Below are positions 1-8,947 of a stretch of DNA of 64,000 bases, piece by piece. Source of the stretch: Candidatus Micrarchaeia archaeon (GTDB lineage Archaea; Micrarchaeota; Micrarchaeia; Burarchaeales; Fermentimicrarchaeaceae); the NCBI GenBank assembly GCA_038871515.1, contig JAVZHX010000001.1:248212-312211 (forward strand), read 5' to 3'. The translations under genes were made by a program, and so were the position numbers. A model generated the notes under the pieces. It was not told where the DNA came from. It searched no databases and worked only from the letters and a program-made list of their open reading frames with translations. Every line of letters begins with the position of its first letter. Position 1 is the first letter of the stretch.

Positions 1-25
1 GCTCGGCATCTTTCCTTTTCTGTGG

Positions 26-595
26 TTGCACAGCGTGGTTCTACGCTCAAATCTGCCAACGAGTCTCTTCGTCTGCGCTAATACCTCAATAGTTCTTCTT
101 ATGTCGTACATAAGTAGGAGTTTGATGAACCAGACTGCGGTTGTTGTATTCGGGTTGCTCGCATTGCTATTTTCCGCCATCAGCGCAATCTATGATAAAA
201 AAATAAAAAGCTCCGTATCATCTCTCATAGCCGCGCAGACAGCATATATGTTTGTCAGCTTCTCATTCCTCCCTCTTTTCTCACTATTCATAGCTGTCAT
301 TTCCGATTTTCTTGTGAAGTTCACCCTCCTTGCTTCTGAGGAGAGGAGAGATGATATCGCACAGATTATCGTAGCGCTTTACTTCGCAGAGATGCCTCCC
401 TTCCCGACGTTTGCTGAGGAATTTGAGATTCTTGAGAGAAGCTTCAACATAGGAATTATTTTGAACATAGCCGGTTTGCTTATGATGGTGGCTCTTCTCA
501 TGCACAGGGTGAAGGGTGGCAAGAGCCTGGGAGCCAGAATTATTGGTGCAATACTGCTGTTGCTAGGATTGATAGTTCTGATGAGGGAGATATGA
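26..595 (+). CDS. Polytopic membrane protein, possibly a small membrane subunit of the adjacent energy-converting hydrogenase/Mrp-like module (first Met may be internal)
   Basis: Long hydrophobic segments; ends 4 nt before the NuoB-like gene in the same operon. Confidence 0.3.
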   Translation: MHSVVLRSNLPTSLFVCANTSIVLLMSYISRSLMNQTAVVVFGLLALLFSAISAIYDKKIKSSVSSLIAAQTAYMFVSFSFLPLFSLFIAVISDFLVKFTLLASEERRDDIAQIIVALYFAEMPPFPTFAEEFEILERSFNIGIILNIAGLLMMVALLMHRVKGGKSLGARIIGAILLLLGLIVLMREI

Positions 596-993
596 TGATT
601 AAAAAATCACCTTGGGTGTATCTGCTCGGTTTGGCCGGCTGCAACGGCTGCGACATAGAAATAGCCGCAGCGGTTGGGCCGAGATTTGACCCAGAAAGAT
701 TGGGGATAAAAATAGTGAGCTCCCCAAGACACGCGGACATACTCCTGGTGAATGGAACAGTTAACAAGAAAATGAAAAAAATTGTGAAAGAGGTGTACAA
801 CCAAATGTCAAACCCGAAGATTGTTGTGGCAGTTGGCTCATGCGCAATCTCAAACGGCCCATTTAGGGAATGCTATAATATGGAATGCAGAGTGGATGAG
901 ATTGTGCCCGTTTCAGTTTACATCCCCGGATGCCCGCCAAGGCCGCATGCGATACTTTATGGAATTAAAAAGGCATTGGAGCTGGTAAAATGA
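592..993 (+). CDS. NuoB-like [NiFe]-hydrogenase small subunit (MbhJ/EchC/HycG family)
   Basis: Motifs GCNGCDIE, GSCAISNGPF, GCPPRP match the proximal Fe-S cluster ligands of the NuoB/hydrogenase small subunit family; overlapping start with upstream ORF. Confidence 0.8.
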   Translation: MMIKKSPWVYLLGLAGCNGCDIEIAAAVGPRFDPERLGIKIVSSPRHADILLVNGTVNKKMKKIVKEVYNQMSNPKIVVAVGSCAISNGPFRECYNMECRVDEIVPVSVYIPGCPPRPHAILYGIKKALELVK

Positions 994-1829
994 TCGCACT
1001 TCTCATCGCATTTGTTTTTGGCATATTCGCATCGTGGTTGTTGAGAAATCTTGCTGCAAGGGCAGAGGGGAGAGTTGGGCCGCCGCTTCTTCAGCCAGTT
1101 TGGGATTTGATAAAACTGTTCAGCAAAGGCTCGGTTGGAGATGTTTCAGAAGCACTTCCCTTGCTCTCACTTCTGCTTGTTGCGTTTGCCGTAATCAATC
1201 TGCCCTCACCTAGTAACTGGGGCGGGAACCTGATTGTTGTGCTCTACTCCCTAACCGCTTCTTCAATATTCACGGCAATAGCCGGCTTTGCCTCATCCTC
1301 CCCGTTCTCAAGAGTTGGAGGCTCAAGGGAGTTACAGCAGACTCTTCTTTCTGAACTTCTCTTCCTCGCGGCAGGCTTCTCAGCAGTTGTTGCCGCGAAC
1401 AGCACTTCTTTTCAAGCGATTGCTCTGCACAACCACCTTCTACTCTTCATTAATTTTTTGATGATGCTTATTGCATGCCAGGCGAAACTGAGAAAAGCTC
1501 CGTTTGATATCCCTGATGCGAACGTTGAGGTTGCCGGCGGCCCTGCAACTGAGTTCTCAGGTTACGCATTGGGAATGCACGAGCTCACATATCTACTTGA
1601 GTTGTACTGCCTGCCAATGCTCGCCTCATTCCTGTTTTTAGGGCTGGATTACACGGCTTCACTTTTGGCAAGCCTACTGGTAATTCTTGTGTTTGGCGGA
1701 ATAGCTGCGCTGAGCGCTCGTTTCAGTGTTAAAAACTCTAACAAGCTGCTCTTTTTCGCTTTTCTCCTCTCAATGCTGATAACAACAATTCTTTACATAG
1801 GAGGTAGGTTTAATGGAACTTTTATCTGA
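990..1829 (+). CDS. NuoH-like integral membrane subunit (MbhM/EchB/HycD family)
   Basis: N-terminal GRVGPPLLQPVWDLIKLFSK resembles the conserved NuoH/ND1 motif; polytopic. Confidence 0.75.
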   Translation: MIALLIAFVFGIFASWLLRNLAARAEGRVGPPLLQPVWDLIKLFSKGSVGDVSEALPLLSLLLVAFAVINLPSPSNWGGNLIVVLYSLTASSIFTAIAGFASSSPFSRVGGSRELQQTLLSELLFLAAGFSAVVAANSTSFQAIALHNHLLLFINFLMMLIACQAKLRKAPFDIPDANVEVAGGPATEFSGYALGMHELTYLLELYCLPMLASFLFLGLDYTASLLASLLVILVFGGIAALSARFSVKNSNKLLFFAFLLSMLITTILYIGGRFNGTFI

Positions 1830-2139
1830 GATAATTAAGAAAATGGTGAGGAAACCTTCTACCGAGAAATACCCCTACGCCCCATCACCCGCTCCGCAAA
1901 AAACAAGAGCACGCTTAACAAGAGACAGAAAGATATGCATAAACTGCGGGGCTTGCACTCTTGTATGCCCCTCAAAAGCATGCTACTTCGTGCAAGAGAA
2001 AGATAAAAGAAGAGTTGAGTTCAACTTAGCTTACTGCACATTCTGCGCCCAGTGCGTTGAGGTTTGCCCTGTGAAATGCTTAAAAATGGTTAATGAGTAT
2101 GAACTTGCAACAAAGGATAAAGGAGAGCTGATAATCTGA
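1813..2139 (+). CDS. NuoI-like 2x[4Fe-4S] ferredoxin subunit (MbhN/EchF/HycF family)
   Basis: Two CxxCxxCxxxCP motifs (CINCGACTLVCP, CTFCAQCVEVCP); overlaps upstream gene. Confidence 0.75.
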   Translation: MELLSEIIKKMVRKPSTEKYPYAPSPAPQKTRARLTRDRKICINCGACTLVCPSKACYFVQEKDKRRVEFNLAYCTFCAQCVEVCPVKCLKMVNEYELATKDKGELII

Positions 2140-2162
2140 AATTCATAAAAAACATTGGGGTT

Positions 2163-2678
2163 GTGCTTGTAAGTTTGTACTTCCTTTTTTACGGAGCGTA
2201 CATCACAGTATATGCAAAAACATTTCTCACTGCAGTTGGGCTCACCCAATGCTTCGGTGAGCAGTGCTTGAAAATTGGCTTCCTCAGTTTGCTTGGCTGG
2301 ATACTTGTTGGGATTGGTTTGGTTTACATAATAACCGCTGTTCTCCTCCGCTTCCACAAACTTGGTTGCTACACCGCGATGGTTATCTCATTATTCAGCA
2401 TTCTCCTCATAATTGCATACTCCCTCAAACCAGATTTAACAGCTCTCTGGCTCATTTTCATTTTTCCAGTAAAACTTGCTACGACAACAGCAGCAAACCT
2501 TCCGGTGATTGGAGGTTTATTGCAAATTTTTGTGAGTTTAACAGAAACTCTAACCATCCTCGTCAATCTGATAATTTTCATTTACTTGCTCATTCTATTT
2601 GGAAAAGGAATTTGGAATGAAAAAATTGAAATCAGCAAGGAAATTGAGGAGTTAGAAGAAGAGAATAGCCGAGCCTGA
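2163..2678 (+). CDS. Hypothetical polytopic membrane protein
   Basis: Hydrophobic helices; follows the hydrogenase-like genes. Confidence 0.35.
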   Translation: MLVSLYFLFYGAYITVYAKTFLTAVGLTQCFGEQCLKIGFLSLLGWILVGIGLVYIITAVLLRFHKLGCYTAMVISLFSILLIIAYSLKPDLTALWLIFIFPVKLATTTAANLPVIGGLLQIFVSLTETLTILVNLIIFIYLLILFGKGIWNEKIEISKEIEELEEENSRA

Positions 2679-3047
2679 GTGGGTGGTGGATTAGAATTAG
2701 AAGGCCCGGCCATTCGAACATGAAAAGCCGTGAGTTTTGGAGATGCTACAGCTCCTTTTAGCAAGTGCAGAGAAAGGCTTTTAGTAGTGGACGGGCTCAC
2801 GGATCGCTTGCGCTTTCCGCTTACACCCCCACCCTATCAACAGGATCTGCTATCCTGGCCTTGGACTGCCTCGTTTTGAGAATGGCTTCGACCTTAGATG
2901 CTTTCAGGTCTTATCCACTGGCGCGTGGCTGCCCGGCAGTGCTTTTCACAACCGGTAAACTAGAGGCGCCGATTCCCTGTTCCTCTCGTACTCAGGGAAT
3001 CCTGCTCTCAGGCAGTCAGCACTCCTAGGAGATACTACCGAACTGTC

Positions 3048-3098
3048 TTTGTCGCCCCAGATGGCAAGAAAATTAATAGTGAAATTTGCCATCGGGGG
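3048..3098 (-). mobile_element. 51-nt ORF-less mini-intron in 23S (between consensus GTCGCGA and GACAGTTCGG)
   Basis: Insertion inside a universally conserved 23S sequence; contains internal hairpin GATGGCAA...TTGCCATC. Confidence 0.5.
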
Positions 3099-3109
3099 TC
3101 GCGACGTTC

Positions 3110-3144
3110 TTTAGGCTAGAAGGGGTTATGGATAACCACTCCTA
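3110..3144 (-). mobile_element. 35-nt ORF-less mini-intron in 23S (between GCTGGGTTCA and GAACGTCG)
   Basis: Insertion interrupting conserved GAGCTGGGTTTAGAACGTCG; leaves an 11-nt exon (3099-3109) between two introns. Confidence 0.5.
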
Positions 3145-3465
3145 TGAACCCAGCTCGTGTAGGTCTTTAATGGATGAACAACCCAACCCTTGGCGGCTCC
3201 TGCACCGCCAGGATGACCTAGGCCGACAGCGATGTACCAAACCGCGAGGTCGATGTGTACTCTCGCCCGCGACGAGCCTGTTACCCCCGGGGTAGCTTGT
3301 CTGACAGCTTGGACCCTCAACAAAAGGGATACCAAGGTTCGTTAAGCCCCTCTTTCGAGCCTGAATCCCACGCTTTTAAGGATTCAGTCAGCCCTGCATT
3401 TGTCTTTGACCCTTACCGGCGGATTTTCAGCCCCATAGCTAAGGCTATAGTGGATTCTGACCCGC

Positions 3466-4374
3466 CTAAGCAGAGCATTCCCCGGTTTTTAAACCCCGAC
3501 CTATAATTTTTTCCAAATCAGCAAGATCCGCGGTTACTGTTATTGGTAAATCAGAAAATTTATCTAATAAATTTTTATAAGTGTAGATGACAACATTGTA
3601 GCCAATACCAGTAAACACATGGACTTTTTCTTTAGTTCTTTTTATGTGCGGTTCCCAGTCAAATCCTACCACTTCTATTATCAAGTTTTTATTGGGTATG
3701 AGAAAGTCCGGGTAGTACCTAGTGACTTTTTTCTCGTATATAAAATTGATTCTTTTTTCTGTCAAAAATTTTGCTAACTCTATTTCCTTTAGACTTCTAT
3801 ACTGCTTTTCATCGAAAGATATTTTCTTTCTGAAAGATTTTCTGAATATTTTTTCAAGTCGTTTTTGTAACTGGGATTCAGACAACTTGGCAATTGAATT
3901 TCTTCCGCCAAGCCTGCCAATTTCTCTGTAAGGGTTTTCTCCATATTTTTTTGTTAATGCCGCTTTAGCTAGGATGCGTCTTTTTATCTCTATATTTTTA
4001 TTCCTCCTGGTTAATTCATCCAATTTAATTTTGCCTTTTTTACCTAACACACTATGTAAGTTTCTCCCATATTTTTTTCTTAACTTATTAATCCCCTTCT
4101 TGCTAGCAACCCTAAGAATATCCGAAATGCTTGTTTTTTTATAGCCGAAGTCATCAATATTGATTGAAAATTCATCGGCCCATTTTTTTACTAGCATTGC
4201 TGGCATTGTTCTCTCCCCTCTCCAGTACATTTTAAGACAACCATAGGGTAGTGCTAGTTTTTCTGTTAACTCCCTAAGCGTCGTAGAATTAGTTCTTAAA
4301 CTAAGCTCTAGAAAAAATCTCCGTCGCTCACTTTTTGATCTAAATTTTATTCTCTCATTCAATTCAATGTCCAT
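3466..4374 (-). CDS. Intron-encoded protein: N-terminal HTH region plus C-terminal putative PD-(D/E)xK (DUF559/Vsr-like) nuclease; putative homing endonuclease
   Basis: No LAGLIDADG motif; C-terminal YYPDFLIPNKNLIIEVVGFDWEPH resembles restriction-endonuclease-like core; paralogous to ORF 9862-10617 in the 16S intron. Confidence 0.45.
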   Translation of the reverse strand: MDIELNERIKFRSKSERRRFFLELSLRTNSTTLRELTEKLALPYGCLKMYWRGERTMPAMLVKKWADEFSINIDDFGYKKTSISDILRVASKKGINKLRKKYGRNLHSVLGKKGKIKLDELTRRNKNIEIKRRILAKAALTKKYGENPYREIGRLGGRNSIAKLSESQLQKRLEKIFRKSFRKKISFDEKQYRSLKEIELAKFLTEKRINFIYEKKVTRYYPDFLIPNKNLIIEVVGFDWEPHIKRTKEKVHVFTGIGYNVVIYTYKNLLDKFSDLPITVTADLADLEKIIGRGLKTGECSA

Positions 4375-4385
4375 GTTTTGTTATA
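3480..4385 (-). mobile_element. 23S rRNA intron (domain V) carrying a non-LAGLIDADG ORF; boundaries approximate
   Basis: 23S consensus resumes at about 4386 (GGCGGTACGCCCTCGATAAGG) and below about 3480; AT-rich insert with ORF. Confidence 0.55.
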
Positions 4386-5872
4386 GGCTTCCGGGTTTAA
4401 AATCCTTTGGGCGCCCTTGTTTCCTTATCGAGGGCGTACCGCCCCAGCCAAACTATCCATCTGCCGGTGTCCCCTTTCAGGTTAGGAACACAGCAGCTGT
4501 AGAGCGGTGTTTCACTTTCGCATTCACACCCCCCGCAAGAGGTGTTTCGACGCTCCCGCTTACGCTGTGCAACAACCACCGTATCCCAACGACAGACTAT
4601 AGTAAAGCTCCACGGGGTCTTCGTTTCCCCCTAGAAGTCCTCGGCATCTTCACCGAGTAGTGAGTTCACCAGGTCCCAGATAGGGACAGCGGGACGCTCG
4701 TTATGCCCTTCATGCAAGCCACCAATTAAGCGGCGAGGTATTACGCTACCTTAAGAGGGTCAGAGTTACCCCCGCTCTTTGCCGGCGCTTTGCTCCATTG
4801 GACTGGAGTTTGACGTACCGGTAGTGAGCAGGCATCGCCCCCTATACTAAGCCTTTCGGCTTTGCAGGGAGCTGTGTTTTTGGTAAACAGTCGACGTCCC
4901 CTTGTCACTGCGACCTGCGGTTGCAGCTTGCGCCACAACTGCAGGCATGGCTTCTCCCGAAGTTACGCCACTGGATTGCCGAGTTCCCTTACCTGGGTTC
5001 TCCTGACACGCCTTGGCTTCCTCTGCCAGCAGCACCTGTACGAGTTCTAGGTACGAGCTCGTGGAATCGCTGCCAGCTTCCTTTTCACGGGCTCAAGGAA
5101 TCAGCGGAACCACCTTGCGATGGCCTTCCCAGAGTTAGACTGCTTCTCCTCATAACGAGTCTCTGCAGTCTTGCAGAGGTTAGATGAGCTCTCGCTCACT
5201 CCACCTATCCCCAAGCGTCAGAAGCTGGCCTTGTGTCGCCACGTCTACCCACGAGGCACTGGAATCTTAACCAGTTTCCCTTTTGCTCCCGAGTAATTAG
5301 CTGGGAGCTTAGGATCGGCTTACTCTTAACTGACGAACATTGTTAAGAAAACCGTGTGCTATCCGGCGTCCAGGATTCTCACCTGGATTTGCTGTTACTA
5401 ACACCAAGATATTTGTTTCTGACAGGTCCATTGGAACTCACGCCCCAACTTCTGCCCTGCCAGAACACCCCCCTACCAGATGATGCTTGCGGCATCCTCC
5501 GGGGTATCGGCACCTGGCTTAGCCCCGGTAATCTTCAGAGCCTGCACTCTCGACTGGTCCGCTGTTACGCGTTGTTTAAAGGATGGCTGCTTCTGAGCCT
5601 ACCTTCCAGCTGTTTTAGAGTGGAGACTCCTTTGAGATTAGCACTTAGCCAGGATTTAGGGGCCTTAACCTCGGTCTCGGTCGTTCCCGTCCCGGCATGC
5701 TAGCTTACCCAGCACGCCCGACTCCCATCTTCTACGGTGATTGTGAATTCGGAGTTTGAAAAGACAGTAGAGCCTTTCGGCTCCGTTCTGCCTGATCAGT
5801 GCTCTACCTCACAATCCACCTCCAATGGGGCTATCCTAAGGGATACTTCGGGGGGAACCCGCTTTAGCGAGT

Positions 5873-6745
5873 TTAAAGGGCAGCATACAAAGATTCCATA
5901 TCTTTCTTTTTTCTTATAATTGGAAAATCTTTAAATTTGTAAAAATTGTTTATTCCATAAATGTAAAGAGCAAATTTGTTTTTGTATGAATAGATATGGG
6001 AAGTTCGGATACCAACCTCCTTTAAGATTTTTTTGATAAATTGTAGAGATTCTAGATTACTTTGGTAGAAAGCTAATTTTATCTTTCTTATTTTTTTATA
6101 GGTCTGTTTGCTTGTGACGTAGCCTTCTGCATCGAAAAATCCAGCCAGATAATACTTCCAACATTTTGGATTTTCTTTTATTATTCTTGGTGTTTTCCAG
6201 TATTTCTGATCCATCGGCATTTCAAAGATATTTTCAAAGAAGAGGACGATTGGTTTTGAATTTACACGAAGACGGTATGAATTTTTGTCCATGTCTATTT
6301 TTGCTTCAACCAAGAAAATCTCATTGAAAATATCTCGCATTAACTGGATCCACTGCAATGCACCATTACCTGACTGGGTTAAGGCAATTGTATATCGATC
6401 CCCTTCTAATTTTGAAACGGAACCATCTCTCAACACTCCGACAAGATAAGCAAGTTTTGAATCCAGAAATTGGGGGAGTCTGACCCCCTTTTTACTTCTG
6501 GATTTAAATTCAGAAATGTTTTGGAACACTTCATCATAATTTTTCTTGCGTTCGTCTAAGAGGTCAAGTAGATAGTCGAGAGGAGTAACTCCGCTACTCA
6601 AGCGATAATATTTAGTCGATTTTTTGAGTAGAGGAAACTCATCTCCGAACTGTCTTAGTATCTGAGGGTCTACTTTTACGTAGAGATTTTGGTTTTTCAG
6701 ACAACTTAGGTAATTTGGTATTGGTATCTTCCATTTTTCCCACAT
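5873..6745 (-). CDS. LAGLIDADG homing endonuclease (double-motif)
   Basis: Motifs LAYLVGVLRDGSV and YYLAGFFDAEGYV. Confidence 0.8.
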   Translation of the reverse strand: MWEKWKIPIPNYLSCLKNQNLYVKVDPQILRQFGDEFPLLKKSTKYYRLSSGVTPLDYLLDLLDERKKNYDEVFQNISEFKSRSKKGVRLPQFLDSKLAYLVGVLRDGSVSKLEGDRYTIALTQSGNGALQWIQLMRDIFNEIFLVEAKIDMDKNSYRLRVNSKPIVLFFENIFEMPMDQKYWKTPRIIKENPKCWKYYLAGFFDAEGYVTSKQTYKKIRKIKLAFYQSNLESLQFIKKILKEVGIRTSHIYSYKNKFALYIYGINNFYKFKDFPIIRKKKDMESLYAAL

Positions 6746-6800
6746 GTCACTAGATTTATTTGCTGCCCTTATAAACTTATCGCCAAGTTCGATAGGACTA
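5875..6800 (-). mobile_element. 23S rRNA intron (domain II region) with LAGLIDADG ORF; boundaries approximate
   Basis: Flanked by 23S sequences GGTAGAGCACTGATCAGG...GGTTAAGGCCCCTAAAT below and GGTGACCTGCGTGTAGGGG above. Confidence 0.55.
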
Positions 6801-7551
6801 TCACCCCTACACGCAGGTCACCCGAGCGGATATACCAGCACCGGTTGCGGGCCTCCACCAATCTGAGGATTGGCTTCGCCCTGCCCGCGTGTAGATCACA
6901 TTGGCTTCGGGTCTGATGAAAGTGATTTATGGCACTTTCGTACCACCTGCCTCGCCCTTTCGGGTTGCGCAGTCTCGCTTTCGCTCCGCCTTTCGGCTCA
7001 CCACTTCCATCAACTCCTTGGCTCTTGCTTCAAGAAGAACGATGCAACCCTGCTCAATCTCCCGTCGCTCTACATATTTCTACATATCGCTTCCAGGAGA
7101 CCGCATTCCTTTCGGGCCGCACCTTCTGTAGCCACTCAGTTTCAGGCTCTTTTAACTCCCCTTTCGGGGTGCTTTTCAGCGTTCGCTCGCGCTACTTGTG
7201 CGCTATCGGTCTCAGGTTATATTTAGAGTTGGAAGTTGATGCTCCCATGTTCGCGCCCAATACTCAATGGACGCTACTCCGCGCATCCCCTCCCCTCCTG
7301 TTTTTCGCTTACGAGGCTTTCACTCTCTTTGGCAGCGCTTTCCAGCGCACTTCAGCTAGACAGAAGGAGAATGGAATGCATCACATCTCCCACAAGTTGC
7401 CCTGAGGGATTCGAATTGCCTCTGTGTGGCTTTCAGTCGCCCTTACTCACCACATCCCATTTGGTTTCTTTTCCTGCGGGTACTAAGATGTTTCAATTCC
7501 CCGCGTGCTCCTTCACCTCTTTTGGAGGTGAATGATTCGGCAATCCCAGGT

Positions 7552-8469
7552 TCAAGGGCTGCCTGCGCCTATCAGGCTGCCGCAAAGAGATTTTTTAAAG
7601 AGCAAAGAATTTGGGTGGGAAACAGGTATCAATTTTAAAAATTTTAAAATATTCACGCGCGGTCTTTTATTCACATACAATCTAAATGCAAATGAATTTT
7701 TTCTAGGAAGCGACTTGTGTAGAGTCGATATTATTTCTTGCTTTTGAAGTATTTTTCTAATGTCCTCCAAAGGTGGACAGGCAGATTTATCGGACCATGC
7801 CTGATATAAACCTACCCTACCACTTTTCAAACTTTTATCCCCTTCCGCATCATAAAAACCTGCTATGTAATATTTCTGAAATTTGAATGGAGCGTTCAAA
7901 ATTATTTGAGGTGTTGGTTTGAATTTATTTTTGAATTGACCTACCACATCAAGAAAAGCATAGAGCGGCTTTGAATTTAAAGAGAATTCATGGGTGCCTT
8001 TTCTGAATCCTCTATAATGGAGCTTTAGAGCAAATGTTTTTTCTAATAATGGGTTAATTGTGTCAGTTATCCATCGTCTGTCTTTTTGGGATATGTGAAT
8101 CTGGTATTTGTGCGATGACATACCTCCATCTCTGAAAGCACCTAAAATATAACAAAGTTCTGGTGTTAGTTTTTTTACTAATTTCATTGGCTTGTCTGAT
8201 CTTTCACCTCGGATATACCCTATCTCTCTAAAAGTGAAATTCCATAGAGAAGTTTCTAGTTTTGCCAATTTTGAAATCAAATCTAAAGAGGGGTACCTAG
8301 ACTTGCATAGTATACATCTTAGTGTGCTTTCTTTGTAGTTAAGGTCAATCTCGTTTGTTTTTGCCGTTTTTATCAAAACTCTTAATTTTTTTATATATTC
8401 TCGTGTTGGTACTAATCTAAGAGTTGGATACTCCTGCGCCATCGAGGTTAAATAATTGGGTAGTAACAC
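7552..8469 (-). CDS. LAGLIDADG homing endonuclease (double-motif)
   Basis: Motifs LCYILGAFRDGGMS and YYIAGFYDAEGDKS. Confidence 0.8.
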   Translation of the reverse strand: MLLPNYLTSMAQEYPTLRLVPTREYIKKLRVLIKTAKTNEIDLNYKESTLRCILCKSRYPSLDLISKLAKLETSLWNFTFREIGYIRGERSDKPMKLVKKLTPELCYILGAFRDGGMSSHKYQIHISQKDRRWITDTINPLLEKTFALKLHYRGFRKGTHEFSLNSKPLYAFLDVVGQFKNKFKPTPQIILNAPFKFQKYYIAGFYDAEGDKSLKSGRVGLYQAWSDKSACPPLEDIRKILQKQEIISTLHKSLPRKNSFAFRLYVNKRPRVNILKFLKLIPVSHPNSLLFKKSLCGSLIGAGSP

Positions 8470-8500
8470 TATCCAATTTTGGATCCACCGTAATTTAAAG
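7570..8500 (-). mobile_element. 23S rRNA intron near the 5-prime end (about position 110-150) with LAGLIDADG ORF; boundaries approximate
   Basis: Exon TTGAACCTGGGATTGCCGAAT...GGGAATTGAAACATCTTAGTACCCGCAGGAAAAGAAA resumes below about 7556; upstream exon GCTGCGATAAGCCCAGGG at about 8520. Confidence 0.55.
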
Positions 8501-8709
8501 GTTTCATTTCCAATACTCTTCGCAGCAGAACCCTGGGCTTATCGCAGCTTGCCACGGCCTTCCTCGCTACCTGAGCCAAGCCATCCCCTGAGCGGCATGA
8601 CTCACTGCACTCGTTGATGCCAGGAACTGTAGCTTCTTCTCCTCTCACGGCTTCATGAACATCAGCCACTTCATTCAGAAAAACTTTCTGAATTGCATAC
8701 ATGTGCGGA

Positions 8710-8801
8710 TGGACTCGGCGAGATGTTCAGCAGTTTATCTGCTTTTGAACTCGCGGCCTCCTCCTCGCAAAGGAGGCGCTCTACCGCTGAGCTACGAGCC
8801 C
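8710..8801 (-). tRNA. tRNA-Ala(TGC) in the 16S-23S spacer, with an about 20-nt insertion in or next to the T-loop (possible non-canonical intron)
   Basis: Acceptor GGGCTCG/CGAGTCC with G3:U70, D-arm GCTC AGCGGTA GAGC, anticodon arm CCTCC TTTGCGA GGAGG; T-stem GCGAG/CTCGC encloses 27 nt (TTCAAAAGCAGATAAACTGCTGAACAT) instead of 7. Confidence 0.75.
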
Positions 8802-8947
8802 ATAAGAGGCTTCAAGAACATTAAGAGTGAGCTTTCGCCTTACGCTCGCCTTGCACTCACTTCCTCGTTCTCATTTCATAGAACGATTTAAGGAGGTGAT
8901 CTATCCGCAGGTTCCCCTACGGATACCTTGTTACGACTTAGCCCCTC

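Larger units (their letters stand above)
2770..8640 (-). rRNA. 23S rRNA gene interrupted by at least 3 large ORF-bearing introns and at least 2 mini-introns; ends approximate
   Basis: On the minus strand: sarcin-ricin loop AGTACGAGAGGAAC (about 2977-2990), PTC region GCTACCCCGGGGGTAACAGG (about 3277-3296), GACCCCGTGGAGCTTTACTATAG (about 4585-4610), 5-prime region GGATGGCTTGGC...GCTGCGATAAGCCCAGGG (about 8520-8600). Confidence 0.85.

Noticed and set aside
2680-2770. Possible 5S rRNA downstream of 23S
   Set aside because: No 5S-like sequence or fold recognised between the 23S 3-prime end and the hydrogenase operon; 5S is probably unlinked, as in many archaea
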